This document shows positions 11,510 to 25,416 of a stretch of 64,000 bases of DNA, piece after piece; within the stretch, counting starts at the first letter, position 1; every line of letters begins with the position of its first letter. Origin of the DNA: Tubiluchus corallicola. Lineage: Eukaryota > Animalia > Priapulida. A program made the translations under genes and the position numbers. The stretch covers positions 62,001 to 126,000 of the forward strand of contig JAQGDQ010000397.1 of NCBI GenBank assembly GCA_030141605.1. Reading direction: 5' to 3'. The notes under the pieces are model-generated. The model was not told where the DNA came from. It saw only the letters and a list, made by a program, of their open reading frames with translations, and ran no database searches.

Positions 11510-13460
11510 TTATGTAAAACTGTGTGACATTAATCTTACAAAGCTGCTGATTTTGCGGTTGTCGTTGTCGCTGTTATTGCTGTTGTTGTTGGATAGACAT
11601 ATTGACATAATGATAGACATAATGATAGACATAATCCATGTACTCAAATTTGTACCATATCTTTCTTACATATGTTCAAGCATTTCTTTGTTACATGGTG
11701 GTTATTGATAGTAACAAATAATCAAAGAGAGTGCAGGAAAAACTGCTCTCACTAAGCAGCGATTACGTTGTCTTGTAGCTGTTACATTAGCTGCAATTTT
11801 GTACAGTAGATGGCTGTCTGACACTATTCAGCTAATTGGAGCAGTTATATAATTACAAACCTTACTTTTAGACTGCGCACAAATTTTGATTTTAAGTGCA
11901 CAATACTAAATCTACTTGCATTAGTTGCGATTTTATACAATAGATGGCTCACTGATATTACCCAAAGCTATTCAGCCAATTGGAGCATCTGCCTTTGCTG
12001 GTCACGCATGCTGTCAATCGCTCTTACTCATGAGCTGTCACGTCATCGTTGCTTCCATGCGCGCATCGCTACACTCACTGCTCTAGCATGTGTGAGAGTG
12101 CACAATGTCTCTGCCATACTCTACACAGGCTGCCTGTTTGGGCAAAACATTTTCACCATCCATGTACGCTAGCCAAATATAAATGTCGAGGAATTAATAA
12201 TAATAATAACATTAATAATAGCAATAATGGTAACAGCAACAAAATCACTTTGAAAACGACAATGATAATGATACCAGAAACAAACAACGAATCGCATTTT
12301 AAAGTGAAAATGTTGGAATGTATCCTGCACTTTTGAACAATGTAATAAGGCCTTAGACTGCTGTATGCCACTGCATTTTGTTATGGTCAAGGCAATCCAA
12401 AGTCATGATAATTTTACACTACAGATTACAATAATATATCTAGTTAATAAAGTGCAGGTTCAGACGGCAAGTGACTTTTGACAGAGTATAGCATGACAAT
12501 AAAAGATACAGCTGACCCAAGATTCACATTCAATAGCATTGTTTATAATAAAACTCAGCATTTTCTTTCAATAAGATTAGTCTGTCACTTTCAGAATTTC
12601 AAGAACATAATATTAGTCCAAATGTTCACTGTTAGTAGAGTTCTAAAAACTCCAATTACTTTAATTATTTTTGCAGGCAATTTCATAACATGGTTATCCA
12701 TTATCCATTATCCATTTCCAAAAACATTAGTTTGAATAATTGTTATACTGAATGCTCTCTATCCTTGAGAAACCATGTAATATCAGAGATGAGCTTTTTT
12801 GGAGCAGGCACCTAACTTTTATTGCTAGATACTCTTCACACCACCTCTCAATCTCACCCGTTGTTCCTTTGTTTTCAGAAGTAGTTCTGTCTGAGTGCAC
12901 TGGGAATGAATAGGTGCTCTCTATTATTTTTTGGATGTTAGTGCTTTTGATAACATATCACATTGGGAGACAAGGACTATGATATTTTCTTAAAATTGAA
13001 AAGACAACATTCAATGCATTTATAAAGCAAACACAGAGAGAAGAAGAAGTCATTTTTGTTGTTACGATAATAAAGGGTGGTACTGCGTAATAATGTTTGT
13101 TGTTTAGACAAGACAGAGAAAGTTTTTAAGAAGTGCTTAGTCATTTGAAAGTAAAGAAAAATATTTTCAGGCACTTAAGATTCTTATTCAAATTAAAGAA
13201 ACTTGATCACTTGGCCAGGAAAATATGCCAGGGAAAAGCTTATAGAAGCATTGAATTGTGCATTCAAAAAATGGTATTGAAAAAAGCTCAACACTAAAGC
13301 TATTTTTATACCTAAACATATTTCATATATTATAACTGAGTTTAAAATGGATGGATAAGATTCCTGCACATTCTGACGTAAAGAAAAACATTTTTCAACA
13401 TTTTAAAATTTATCTGAAAGGATAAAATATTATTGAAACATGTGTTATTTCACGTTTTCT
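11400..13460 (+). repeat. Mosaic repeat module B (~2 kb); direct copy ~60590-62610, inverted copy ~35130-36905, partial copies ~22330-22810 and ~58240-58800
   Basis: Long colinear near-identity, e.g. gcaggaaaaactgctctcactaagcagcgattacgtt, ggcaatccaaagtcatgataat and attcctgcacattctgacgtaaagaa. Confidence 0.9.
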
Positions 13461-13814
13461 TATTGGTTTACACGTGTATGAATAGCTTTCTTCCCATTTT
13501 TAAGAAAAGAAAAATATTTTGATCCATTTTAAGATTCTTGTGCTAGTAAGTGTCACCTTCTGCACGAACAGGAGGAGACGCCAAGTAAAAGAGATGACAA
13601 CAAAAATTTCAGAATCTACAGGAATTGTTATCAAAGAACTAAAACACGAGCAAGGAAAATATTTAGGTTATCATAGTTGTTATTCTTTAAATTTCTCGTA
13701 TTGTGTCAGAATAAGTGAATGAATGCAGCGTATAACTAATAAATGCAATACGGATTATAAATGGACTAATGAGACTACTGAGTCAGTTGTAAGTGAAAAC
13801 ACCTAAAGTTTAGA

Positions 13815-14045
13815 CAATCTGAATTTATTGTAAATGTAAAAAGAAAAGACTGACTAGACTCTCACACAATTTTTTCAATTTTTGTTATTGATTTTAAGCA
13901 TGAATGGACAGTAAACGGTTTCTCCCAGTTCTGCACATTTTTTTTGTATTGTAACTGTAGATATAAGTTAAGATGTGTATAAATACATTAAAATACAACT
14001 TGTAAATCAGAAGTAATAGATATACTACTCGTACTCGAACTAAAA
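13815..14045 (+). repeat. Mosaic module F; copies at ~28840-29150 (+) and ~34785-35130 (-)
   Basis: Shared ttgtaactgtagatataagttaagatgt.tataaa...cgtaaatcagaa...atactactcgtact. Confidence 0.85.
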
Positions 14046-15445
14046 TAAGAACTGAAACAAGTACTGAAATAAAAATCTGACAACAGAAACATAATAACAA
14101 TGGCAACTGAAATATACTTTATAACACAAGCATAATTGTTAGATATAAGCAAGCGAATGTGTAATGGAGTCATAACATATCATAATAATGTAAAAAATTA
14201 CAGAGCGATTTTTGATGATCTGATGTAAAATATATAGACAGATAGTTAAAGCAGAAAAAATTACCTGTATTACTGCGTGAGGAGATTGACAATTGGAGTC
14301 CAGACTTTGAAAATGATCTACAGAAATTAGACAATAAACGATTAAATATTGAAGTTAATTGAACCTGCTATAACAGTAATTGCTCTTGCACACAGTTAGA
14401 CAATTTATTATAGTGGGCAAAAGGAATAAAAGTTGTTGCAAAATGCTGTATGCTTATATGTTTGTAAACTTTTAACTTTGATTCTTGAGCAAATTACAAG
14501 TTGCCAAAGTGCTAATTAACAGCAAACTATTTAAACTCGTTACGGTAAATACATGTTGATGATAATTTTTGATTTTTCTATTTTTCTTGAGCTTTAATAA
14601 ATGCTGATTTGCAACTAATAAGCATTCACTGACCACTTACTGGACCTAGTTCTCACTGAACTCAAAGATTTATTGTCAACAATGGTCAAATAGAAAACAA
14701 TTGTTGTTACCACTGCATACATAAGAAAGTGACTATCTTGTCAATCACAAATTGAATATGTTACGTGCAATTCGTAGAAAAATATTGATGGTTTTCAATT
14801 CTTGATCACGAATCAGTATTTGCAAATCGTATTTGCAAAATTTATTTTACACAAAGTTTCATCCTCGTAAGAAAGTGTAGCTTTTTTACTTAAATTGTGA
14901 CTGGGATTCCTGGATATTATTGATTTTTTGATAACGTGATAAAGAAACGACTCACTGTTTCAGTCAATTTAGTTTGCTCAATGCAAAATGCGATACTTTT
15001 ATGCAAAGTTACCAGCACAGTAAAAAACGTTGGGTGAAATTTTTGACACTCTGCTGTGATGGAGAAGATAATCCACCAATGTAATTTTCAAGGAAAGCTC
15101 ACTGCTATACACAAAGAGTTTAGAGGTGTTTATAATTGTGATTATAACTTATTGTCATGTCTTGTAAATAATTCTGGTGGATGCGACGCGGACACAAGAA
15201 ACTAGCAAAATTACGTAAGAAATTCAGCAATTATAGATGTTTGCCTAAATATTTGAGTAGCGAGAATTCCAATAAAGTTGCTTATTGATCACTTTAGCAA
15301 TTTTCAAATTGATTTGCTCATCCAGTGAGGTTTCATCTTCTACGTAGTTCTATGCGTGAGTAATGTTTATGTTATGCATGTCTCGTACTGGATTAGTTTT
15401 GTTTCGCAGAGTAATGTATGTAAGTTTTGCTATCTACTATGAACA

Positions 15446-16403
15446 TGCTTACGAGTTACTTGGCGAATTAATATTAACGAGAGAACACAGCCTAATTTGA
15501 AGGTGCCTTTATCTAAAGTACTGAACTAAGTTGGTGGTTGGTGTCCATCTCTGTGTTGCTGCTCAATCATGCTGATTACTATCGATATCTATCAAGGATG
15601 AGGACTTTTTTGAGTTTGCATGTAGGAACATTTTTTGTAAACTTGTTTTTGCATAGGTTCATTCTTAACAGAACATACATACTGATTCATTAAAAGTGTA
15701 TTCCCAAATTTCTGCTTAAATTTGTTCGCAATTTTGCACAAACCTAAGAGCGTAAACAGAATTTTTCAAGTTGTGCACTACTTGAAAAGCTACGACTGGT
15801 GTTGTCACCGAAGTGCAGAATAATAGAAATCTTAAGTGCAACGACCAAATTTTTGGAAAAAGATCAAAATTTGACTTCTAATAAAAGCAATTTACAAATC
15901 ATAGCCGTCATAGCAGGGCATAAGGCATACATATGTGTCTGCTCACTTATCCATCTACCTTTTAATCTAGCTATCTATCTATAAACTTAATTTATTTTAA
16001 GTGGAGTAGCATAATGTGTGCTTGCAAACCAAAACCGTCCATAAGTCGGCATAGTTAAAACAACGTTATGATGCTTCAAAGTAGAAAGGTCTCATGTTTT
16101 TAGCAAAAGCAAATGCTATATATACTGAACTTTTATATTCGAGCATCAAATTATCAGGAAAATGTCCAAAAGGTACTAAAAAGTTAATTATGTAACCCCG
16201 TGCCCAATTCTATGCATAGAAACTTGTACTGCCGTTGTAAAAAACTCCTATTTTTAACTCCCATTGTACCTCGTGGAAGTGACAATTTTGCTTCGGATTA
16301 TTTTTGTTGACAAAACCAGATATTCTTTAGGAAGGACTTTATACTAGAGTTAAACGTAACTTCAATTTGCTCTTGTAAAATTTATTACAACTACAATTTC
16401 GTG
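15446..16403 (+). repeat. Mosaic module C; direct copy 29705-30626
   Basis: Near-identical ~950 bp; both copies give the same chance ORF MLSPKCRIIEILSATTKFLEKDQNLT. Confidence 0.93.
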
Positions 16404-16404
16404 T

Positions 16405-17900
16405 GACAACTACAACACCAACACCAACACGGACAGCTCAGTTGCATAGCAAAACAATTTTGTCCAAGGTTGAAACCGTACGCTGTATCAATGCTATTAG
16501 ATCCAATCCACCAATGAACAATATAATGCATAGATATTCAATGTATGAAAGTAGGTTTGCAAACTGTTCCTTTTGAACCTAAAGGACTGGCATAAATGAT
16601 AATAAAGGATTCCTATTATAGCAGCCTGCAACAGCTTTTGATGAAGCAAAATTATAGGTGGAGTGAAGTGAAATTACATCAGGACAATGGCTTCCAATCA
16701 ACTAGTTTCAGCTCTTACTGGTTGAGGCTAGTATAAAAGTGCGTCGCATCATCATGTAGGCCATTCCATTTATCTCGAAAGATATATGTATCTCCTTACA
16801 AGAGCCTCAACAGATGCCACTAGAATGTTTTTACTACACTTTATTTCCTAACAGTTTTCCAAAAATCAGAAGTTGTGCACCTGAAAACGCCCGCAAAAGG
16901 GTTGCCCTGGCACTCCCCTCGGAATTTGATGAATGCAAATATCACCCACTGTTGAACGGCATATCAAACCAACCAAGTCCGTTCCCAATCTCTAAAAACA
17001 AGAACAAGATGTATTAATTTTGCAAAAATGGGGTAAAAGAATTTTTAGTTCAATTAGAAAATTTTACAAGCAAGCATGACATTGCAGTAAACTTGTATAC
17101 AAATAATATTTTTTACAAGTTTCTGTCTACGAGATTCTATAAAATTTCTGATAAGGAACTTTAGCGTTGCAAAGCAGGTATTAATTATTAAAGCCTCTTT
17201 GTACAATAGACAAAAGTGTAATAGAACTTTCACAATAATAGAGGTTATTTGTCTACATTTTGTATTGTTGCAGTTTGTTATTTGTTTGGTTATTTTACTG
17301 ATACAACACGCAGCCCAATTTATTCACAGGAAAAATAACCAGCGCACATATTCGCAAAATAGACTAAAATTTACTACTCATGGAGAAAAGCAGAAACTGG
17401 GGTTTTCACATTTTCAAAAAAACATCATGAATTTTACACTCAAAATCGAAATTAGCAGAAATTAAATTTCACTCCAGGATCTCACAGTAAAGCACACAGT
17501 TCTGAAAAACACTAGAGCACACATCCACACATTCCATTATTCATATTTTGCAAAAAAAGTTTGCAAAAAATGGGGTAAAAAGGCTTTCCCGCCAGCTGAG
17601 CCCAACTAGAAAATAATTTAGTTTGTAATCACTTTGAATAGACTTGTGATTTGTACAGGCGTAATTTTGGAATTCAGCAAAGAATTTTGTGGCTCAAGTT
17701 GAAAATTTTACAAGCGAGCGTGACATTGCAATAAATTTGTTTACAATAATATATTTTTTACAAGTGTCTGCCTACGAAAGTGAATTTATCAAAAAATTCT
17801 GGAGAGCAAAGCAGGTATTAAATAATAAAGCCTCCTTGTACAATAGACAAAAATGCAATAGAACTTTGACAATAATTCAGATTACTTTTAACCACTTAAA
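16405..17900 (-). mobile_element. Decayed copy or copies of the Helitron-like element, with an internal duplication (17040-17200 and 17690-17880)
   Basis: 16860-17040 is similar to 54255-54400; 16405-16540 is similar to 53830-53920 and 54950-55080. Confidence 0.6.
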
Positions 17901-18799
17901 CTCATCAGTAATAACGGTTAAGTACAATCACACAAAACAACCATTTTATAGGGATTTTGCAATGAAACCAATATTAAAAATTAAATTTATTGATAAAATG
18001 TAAAAAAAAAACAGTGACAATAAATGTCATTTAAAATAATTGCAATTGCACAATAAAGAAAAGTATAAACAAACGAACAGCACAAAAAATCTTGCATTGA
18101 TTTTACTGATACAACACGCAGCCCAATTTATTCACAGGAAACACATTCCATTATTCCTATTTGCAATTAGCAAGATTGCAAGACAAATCATTTTTAAAAA
18201 AGTCACACCTAGATACTACCATCCCTAATTAAAACATTTAGTGCTAGTTGTTTCACTTCGTTTGATGCGCTCACAAATTAAATATTTGCAGATCGAAAAA
18301 ATGATTGACAGATCTTCAAGTTTCGTGTTTGTTGTTAATATTCATGTTTGTTTATGTAATGCATCTGTTTCTCTGTTTCATTTCTTTTTCTTTTGGGAAG
18401 CATGGTACATCTTGAAAAACCTGCTGTTTTACGTTTCTCATTGATTTTGCTAAAAGTTACCGATTATTTTATCCGATAGACCCAGTTAAAAGAGCAGAAT
18501 AACAACAGAAAAATGTAAATTTTGGAACTGTTTGGAATTTAAAAACACAAATTAGGTAAAAAAACGGTGCGGGTGAAAAATTGGCTGTACTGGAGAACTG
18601 AAAAGGGAAGCTTCAGCAGAATTTCCCGAAAAATGATTTGATATAGCTAGTGTGTGCAATCAAAATTGCAAACAATGGTTTGGGAGACCTGCCTATTTAA
18701 CATTTCGTATGTCAAGACTCACAACCCTATGCAGCAGCGACGATTCTGTTGCACACCACGTCATGGATCCACCTAGCGAGTTTTTACCTAAGGACTCAC

Positions 18800-20560
18800 T
18801 TTTCAGAAATAAAAGACATTATAAAGAAATCTACAATTAGGTCTATATTAAAAAGCTAGTCCATAAAAGCTATTATGTCGGAAGACTTGATAAACCACGC
18901 AAAAACAATACAGCACAAACACTATAGTTTAGTGATGGAATGCTCGTTGTGTCTTTCCTGCCTCATATAGGAAACAACTTGACTCGGAACTTGGTTTAGC
19001 ACCTCACTTGCCAGTTGGCCATTCTATCCACTCAGTAATAAACATTAAGAAAAATTTTTATGGGATAACTTATTAACCGACTTGGTCTTTAGTGTAATAT
19101 AATTACCCCATGGTCAGCTAAGGGTTAAACCTGGCAGTACAGGTGCGCAGGAAAACTGGCACAGTTATCATCATCATCATAGCTGGAGTTTATCATTATT
19201 TGCCCTCAAAGAGCTGAAACAGGTCACATCTTGGTTCTTGAGGCACCTGACATAGGCCAGTATAAAAAAGCTGGTTTTACACCTAAATAAAATGCCAGGT
19301 GCTGCCATCTTGCAGGTAAAAGCTGATAAATAAGTTTGATGGATTGTGATCATTTAAATTAGTTTGCTCGCTCACTTAGTAATGTGTCAAACTAAAAATG
19401 TCTAAAACTGATGCCTGCACACATGGCATCAAGCCCCAGTTTAACAATTATTCAGCACGTAGTGGCATCAGTCTACCAGAAAATTATTGTGCTAATACCT
19501 CGCTAGTTTCTTTCATGCTGTTTTTTGTGATTCAGATTTAAAAAATGCAAAATTGGAAAAGAAAAAGCCATATGTTTTAGTTGTTCAGCCTACAGCTCCT
19601 GCGATGGCACCATTCTCGACGATTTAGACGTCAAATGAATAGGTACGCCCTGTGGATGTATTTTCCAATTGAGACAGTCCAAAGTCGTGCTATATTACAG
19701 ATTATCTGATAAATAAATTGCAGGTTTTGACATCAGCTGACTTTTGTTTGAGCCTTTAGATGACAGCTTAACATTGAAAATTCCAGCTGAATCAAAATAG
19801 AAGAGTAACTGTGCCATCCAACGTACTGCATATGCATTAGAGAATTACCATTTCATATGAACCCATGTTTAATCATATGATTGAACACAAAAAAACTTTC
19901 ACTAAATTTTGTGCAGTTACAATTTTGTTCATGTCGTGCGATTTTTGTACTTTATAAAATTAATTTGTTTCAGGATTATCGCACCATCTTGTTTATATTG
20001 GTTTTTTAGTGCATCCAGAGTAAGATTTCGTTTCATATATTTTTAACTAAGTTTAACTCAGGTATAAAGCCACACTGTAACAACTGCCTGGCAGTTTGCA
20101 TTCAACAATTTTTTTAACATAGTATTAACATTTTTCTTTAATTTTTGTGATGCACAAAAGTCACTAATGTAAAAATTTGTTGAGTTATTAATCATAAAAA
20201 ATTTACTGTGCACCATTTCTGATTCACTTGGATAACTTGTTGTCTTGTAATGAATTTTCTACAGTAACATATTGTAGCTGTTGCTTTATTTGCGATTTTG
20301 TATACTAGATGGCTGACTGACATTACACAAAGCTATTCAGCAAATTAGAGCATCCGCCATTACTAGACATGCATGCTGCACTCCTGCGCTGTCAATCACT
20401 CTTACCCATGAGCTCTCATGTGCGACGTTGCTTCCATGCACGCATCGCTACACTCACTGCTCCAGCACGTATGCGAGTGCACCATGTCTCTGATGCGCTC
20501 TACACAGACCCACATGTTTTGGTAAAGTATATTCTCCATCCATGTACACTAACCAAAAAT
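18800..20560 (+). repeat. Mosaic module D; inverted copy ~32668-34372
   Basis: Colinear reverse-complement match from aattaggtctatattaaaaagctagtcc to ctacactcactgctc. Confidence 0.9.
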
Positions 20561-20869
20561 GAATGGGGAGAAATATCCGTTTTCATACTAATGTTCGCTG
20601 TTTTGGTACAAAGGTATTACTGAAAACCCCAATGATGTGAATAAAATTTTGCAGACATTTTCATAGAAACCTGAGCTGGAAGAACTGCGTTATTCTCTGT
20701 TTCCATGTTTCTATGTACTGTGAAAAAATAAACTATTAGATGAAATTGTCAAAGCAGCCACCCATCATTTTAGCTGCAAGTATCGGTAGTGCATTACTTC
20801 CTCCCTTGCTACTTATTAAGTAAACCTCTCAACTTTTCCATTATTGTCAATTAGCGACAGAAGATCAAA

Positions 20870-21840
20870 AGCAGATTCGTTTGAGAGTTGGAAATAAGGC
20901 TTTGTTATCAAAGCGCAGGTGTGTTCTATTATTTTTGTTGGAAGTAACGCTTGTCATAACATATCCCCCTGGGAAACTTGTTTTGTTAAGATTGAAAGGA
21001 ATGTCTTTTTAGATTTGAAAGCTTTTCAAACTGTTTGTATAGCAAATATTGGGCTAAAAGCTTTTCTTGTGATAATAAAGGGTGAGACTGCTTAACAATA
21101 ATTGCTGTTTGGATAAGATGGAGAAAGTTTTAAGTGCTCAGCCACCTGAACAAAAGGCTCTTTACATGTGGAATTCTAAGATTTAAGTTCTGTTGTTGAC
21201 TTTGAGCTGGGATAATTGCTGAGAGTGGTTCTGAAGCAAAGAAATATATTTTCCCCCATTTTTACATCTTGTGTAAATTAACAACACCCGAGCACCTGGG
21301 AATGACGCCAGGGAAAGAGTTAAGTAAGAAAAATTGAATGAAGCGAATGCCCTATAACTGAGAATGATTTTGGGACACTTCGATTTTTAGTGAAAAATTA
21401 ACATTTTGCCAAATCTGCTGATACCGTTAAGCAGATATTATTGAAAATGCTAGGGGAGAAATTGTTGAAAAATTTTTCAACGTCATTTCAAATCCTATTG
21501 TTTTAAAAGGATTAATAGTTTCCTGTAAACTAGCAGTGAACAAAAATATTTTTTCATGTTATTACATTCTTAAGCAAATCAACCACTCAAGAACTGCTAC
21601 CCCTGTGACAAGAAAGAGCTTTCAAATATGAAGCCTACAGATATTGTTTTGTTTTGTTTGTGTTGGGATGTGAGAAATTTCTGAAATTTACTTAAAAATA
21701 TCTTGTGTCAATAAATCAGCCTAGGAGCCTAGAAAAAGATGCCACTGAAAGATTAGAGAAAATAAAGCAGATAGATTCCAAAGAATACATTCCTCACCTG
21801 GGAAAGATTTAAGAAAATAAAGCAGAGTGATTACATCCTT
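20870..21840 (+). repeat. Mosaic module E; inverted copy ~41285-42245, direct copy ~59700-60535, diverged copy ~26940-27460
   Basis: Shared gttttaaaaggattaatagtttcctgtaaac and ccactcaagaactgctacccctg. Confidence 0.9.
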
Positions 21841-23029
21841 AAACTTCAAAGCCTTCATTCCACACCTGAAAAGACAATAGAAATAATAACAGAGTATTAA
21901 CACACTTGAATTTCAAAGCTTGAATTCCTAGACAGTAAGCAGTAAGCCTGACATGCAAAAACTATCTAATATATTTCTAAGAATCTACGTGAGTAAAGGA
22001 GGATGGAGAAGGCCAAAATTCGATTTTTAGCAAGTTATTTTTTCGCAAAGCTTGGCGTGTATGAAAACACCCCTGAAGTACTTCGTCAAGGTCTCTGAGG
22101 TAAAGTTTAGCAAACATATTTCGATATTCCATTTCGAGATTTTCTCGTCTGTAAAACCGTGTAACGCTGATTATGATCTTTGCTTGTATATTTCTCAGTC
22201 TATTACCGTCGCCAAAATAAATAAATAAAAGGTAGATACATTATTAAGAACATTCGTGCATTATTGATTATAAATCTATCATTGAACAAACATTTTGTGA
22301 GTCTTTTTTATAGCCTATATCATACCAATATGATACATTTACGCATATTTGCTTGTTTATCTTTTTGTTAATTTTTTTTAGCAAAAAGAATCAGACGAAT
22401 AAGTTTAGAATTGTTTGGCTTTGGCAGAAATCTGCATCCCATATGTTCTAGTTTTACTATAGAAATCAATTGCATGTAACATCATGTGCCATTTTTTCCT
22501 GTGCCATTTTTATCATACAAAGCACCTGATATTGTGGTTGTCATTGTCGTTGTTATTGCTGTCGCTGTTGCTGTTGTTATTGTAAAACAAAAACATAGTC
22601 AGTTTAACATGACTGTGTAGTAGACATAAACCTGTGACAGAAGTTTCTTACACAAGTGCAAGCATTTCTTTGTTACGTGGTGGTTATTGATAGTAATAAA
22701 TAAATAATGAGAGTTTTGTTTCATACGTCAATCATTAACTCCTTCAGGACCGAATGTGTTTGCTTCATTTTGCTGGGTGCAGGAAAAGCTGCTCTTACTA
22801 ACCAGCGATTATGTTATTATATTTTAGAATTTTCGTAGGTTTCTAGTCCTCCTTTTTCTGCTCCTCCTACGATGGATCTTCATGCAAATATTATATATGA
22901 AATGCATTTGCTTACACTAGACAAATCGAAAATCGTTTTTTCATTAAAAAATTAAAAAAAGCTTTCAGTAACTGCAATGTTTGCACTGTAACACAGTACA
23001 GCCTCGCTTGTGTGAAAATGGCTAATACA

Positions 23030-24000
23030 AAAAAGTTCAACTCTCCAGACACTGTGGCCTCAAGTCAAATTGTTTTTAAGGAGGAATTCCTGGAAAAGGT
23101 GAAACGACCATAGTTCGTCCTTGGTTCAAGGGTTGATTTTTCATGGAACAGCAGTGCAGCACTGCACGGCTTGGGCGTTACTTCTAAGACTGCGTATTAA
23201 TGCATGTTTTAAATGCATAATACTAAATCAACCTACAATCACCTTTTCTTAACTCATTCGAGTACTTCAATCACTATACTTTGCTAATTATTATTTTTTG
23301 CAAAATTTCTGCAGTTACTATTTTCTTCTTCCTGTTTATTTTTTGTACTGTTTAAAATAAATTTCAACAGTTTCAGATCTGTCGCACCAAATCAAAGCTG
23401 TTCTATCGTTTTTTTTACATTTGTTTGGGCACAGAAAGGGTTTGTTTCATTTACTCTTAATTCAGTCTGACCCAGGAGTAGATCAGCACTGTTCCGACTC
23501 TGTACCAGTTTGCATTCTACAATTTTCTTAATGTAAGGCTAAAATTTTTGCCTGATTTTGCATTGTGGACAAATTCTTTAAAGTATTAATATGTTGTGTC
23601 ATAATTTGTTGTATTAATTTGTTAGGTCATTAAGCGTATAAAAATTTATTGTGTACAAATTCAAATTGGCTAACTTTTTGTCTTGAAAGGACATTTCTTG
23701 GTAACATATTCCTAAACAGTGCACTAGTTGCGGTTTTGTACACTAGATTGCTGACTGATGTTACCAGATGCTATTCAGTTAATTGGAGCATCCACCATTA
23801 CTAGACATGCATGCTGCACTCAAGTGCTGTCAATCACTCTTACCCATGAGCTCTCATGTGCGACGTTTCGTCCATGCACGCATCGATACACTCACAGCTC
23901 CAGCATGTATACGAGTGTACCTCATCTCTGCCATGCTCTTCACAGACCCACATGTTTAGATAATCTATTTTCACCATCCAGTGTATGTACACTAGGCAAA
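23030..24000 (+). repeat. Mosaic module G; inverted copy ~42800-43595, partial copy ~46660-46990
   Basis: Shared ttctaagactgcgtattaa and the conserved ~270-bp core. Confidence 0.75.
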
Positions 24001-24412
24001 ATGTATATAGAGAAATAACAGCAAAGGCATCGTAATTACATTCACACTATATTTTTAATAATGACACTGTAAATTTAGTTCTGGGCCCTGGTCCTTTTGA
24101 AAAATTTTAACAACTGTTTAGTATAGTATCCGCCACTGTATTTTATTTTAAAATCCAACATGTATATCTACCCTACAGTGCCCAAATGCTTATAAATATA
24201 GAAAAAACGGAAGCTATTGGAGGAGATGCGACCTAAAGGAAAAACTCTCCCACACTCACAGCCCTTTCCCATTTGTCAAATGTTCGCCAGCAAGTTTCTA
24301 TGCACTCTAAATACGTCATCAATAATAAATTATTGTTGGCCTTATTCATAGGAATACTGTGCCCAAATTTGTGCACATTGATGTAATGCACGGTAGAAAC
24401 AATGATGATAAC

Positions 24413-24574
<162 letters not shown>

Positions 24575-25117
24575 CAAATAGTTTTCTCAAATAAGAAAAA
24601 TCAGTTCAGAATTTTGAAAAAAGATGAAAATTTTTATCTTAGTAACGCCGAAAAGTGTGATTTACTACTTTATAAAAGTTTTTAGCAGTGGTTACCTATG
24701 CAGCGTTTGTTGAAGAGTAGAAAGCTCATGTCGATTATTTGCAAGCTCACTTGATTTTCCAACAGCCATCACAGATGATATAATTCAGCATTAACTGAAT
24801 ATGCCTTAACTGGTAAAAGCAATTAAGCTAACCCTGGTGGGAAAAATTTTGACAATGACGGTATATCCGATCGTGCTTATACAAATCAGGTTGAGGTAAT
24901 GTGGGCGGAGAGCCAGGTTTTATGCACTCAAATTTTATCACAAAACTTAAAATGAATTATACAGCATGCTGTAGACAATCAGTAGAACCAGCATTGTTCA
25001 ACTATGACGCGTTACATTGTTCTGTTTCTTTATGGTCTGCATTAGGAAAAAAGTTTGAGAAAAGATAGGTAGTTTACTATAGGACTATAGGACTATAGCT
25101 ATAATTTACAAATCATA

Positions 25118-25119
<2 letters not shown>

Positions 25120-25191
<72 letters not shown>
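25120..25191. repeat. (GT)n microsatellite
   Basis: Directly visible. Confidence 0.98.
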
Positions 25192-25194
<3 letters not shown>

Positions 25195-25416
25195 CAGTAC
25201 TGGCCGACGTTTCTTGACTCGTCCTGGTATCGTTGACCAAATCAGATATTTTTGGATGAAGCAGATTCTTCTCCTTGAAAGCTGTTCTTAGATTTTTGCC
25301 TGCTTAAAGAAACTTTTTACTGTCAAATAGAAAAAGAGAAGTCAATAGCATTATCCTGCAGAAATAGCAAAATTAGCAATTTAAAGTGCAACCGTGAAAG
25401 CGATTTAACTTGACAC

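Noticed and set aside
14190-14440. Possible LINE RT remnant (DD..KIYRQI-like)
   Set aside because: Too degraded to reconstruct a convincing frame.
15799-15984. Duplicated ORF MLSPKCRIIEIL... (also 30026-30274)
   Set aside because: GTG start, no recognisable domain; the identity just reflects the recent module C duplication.
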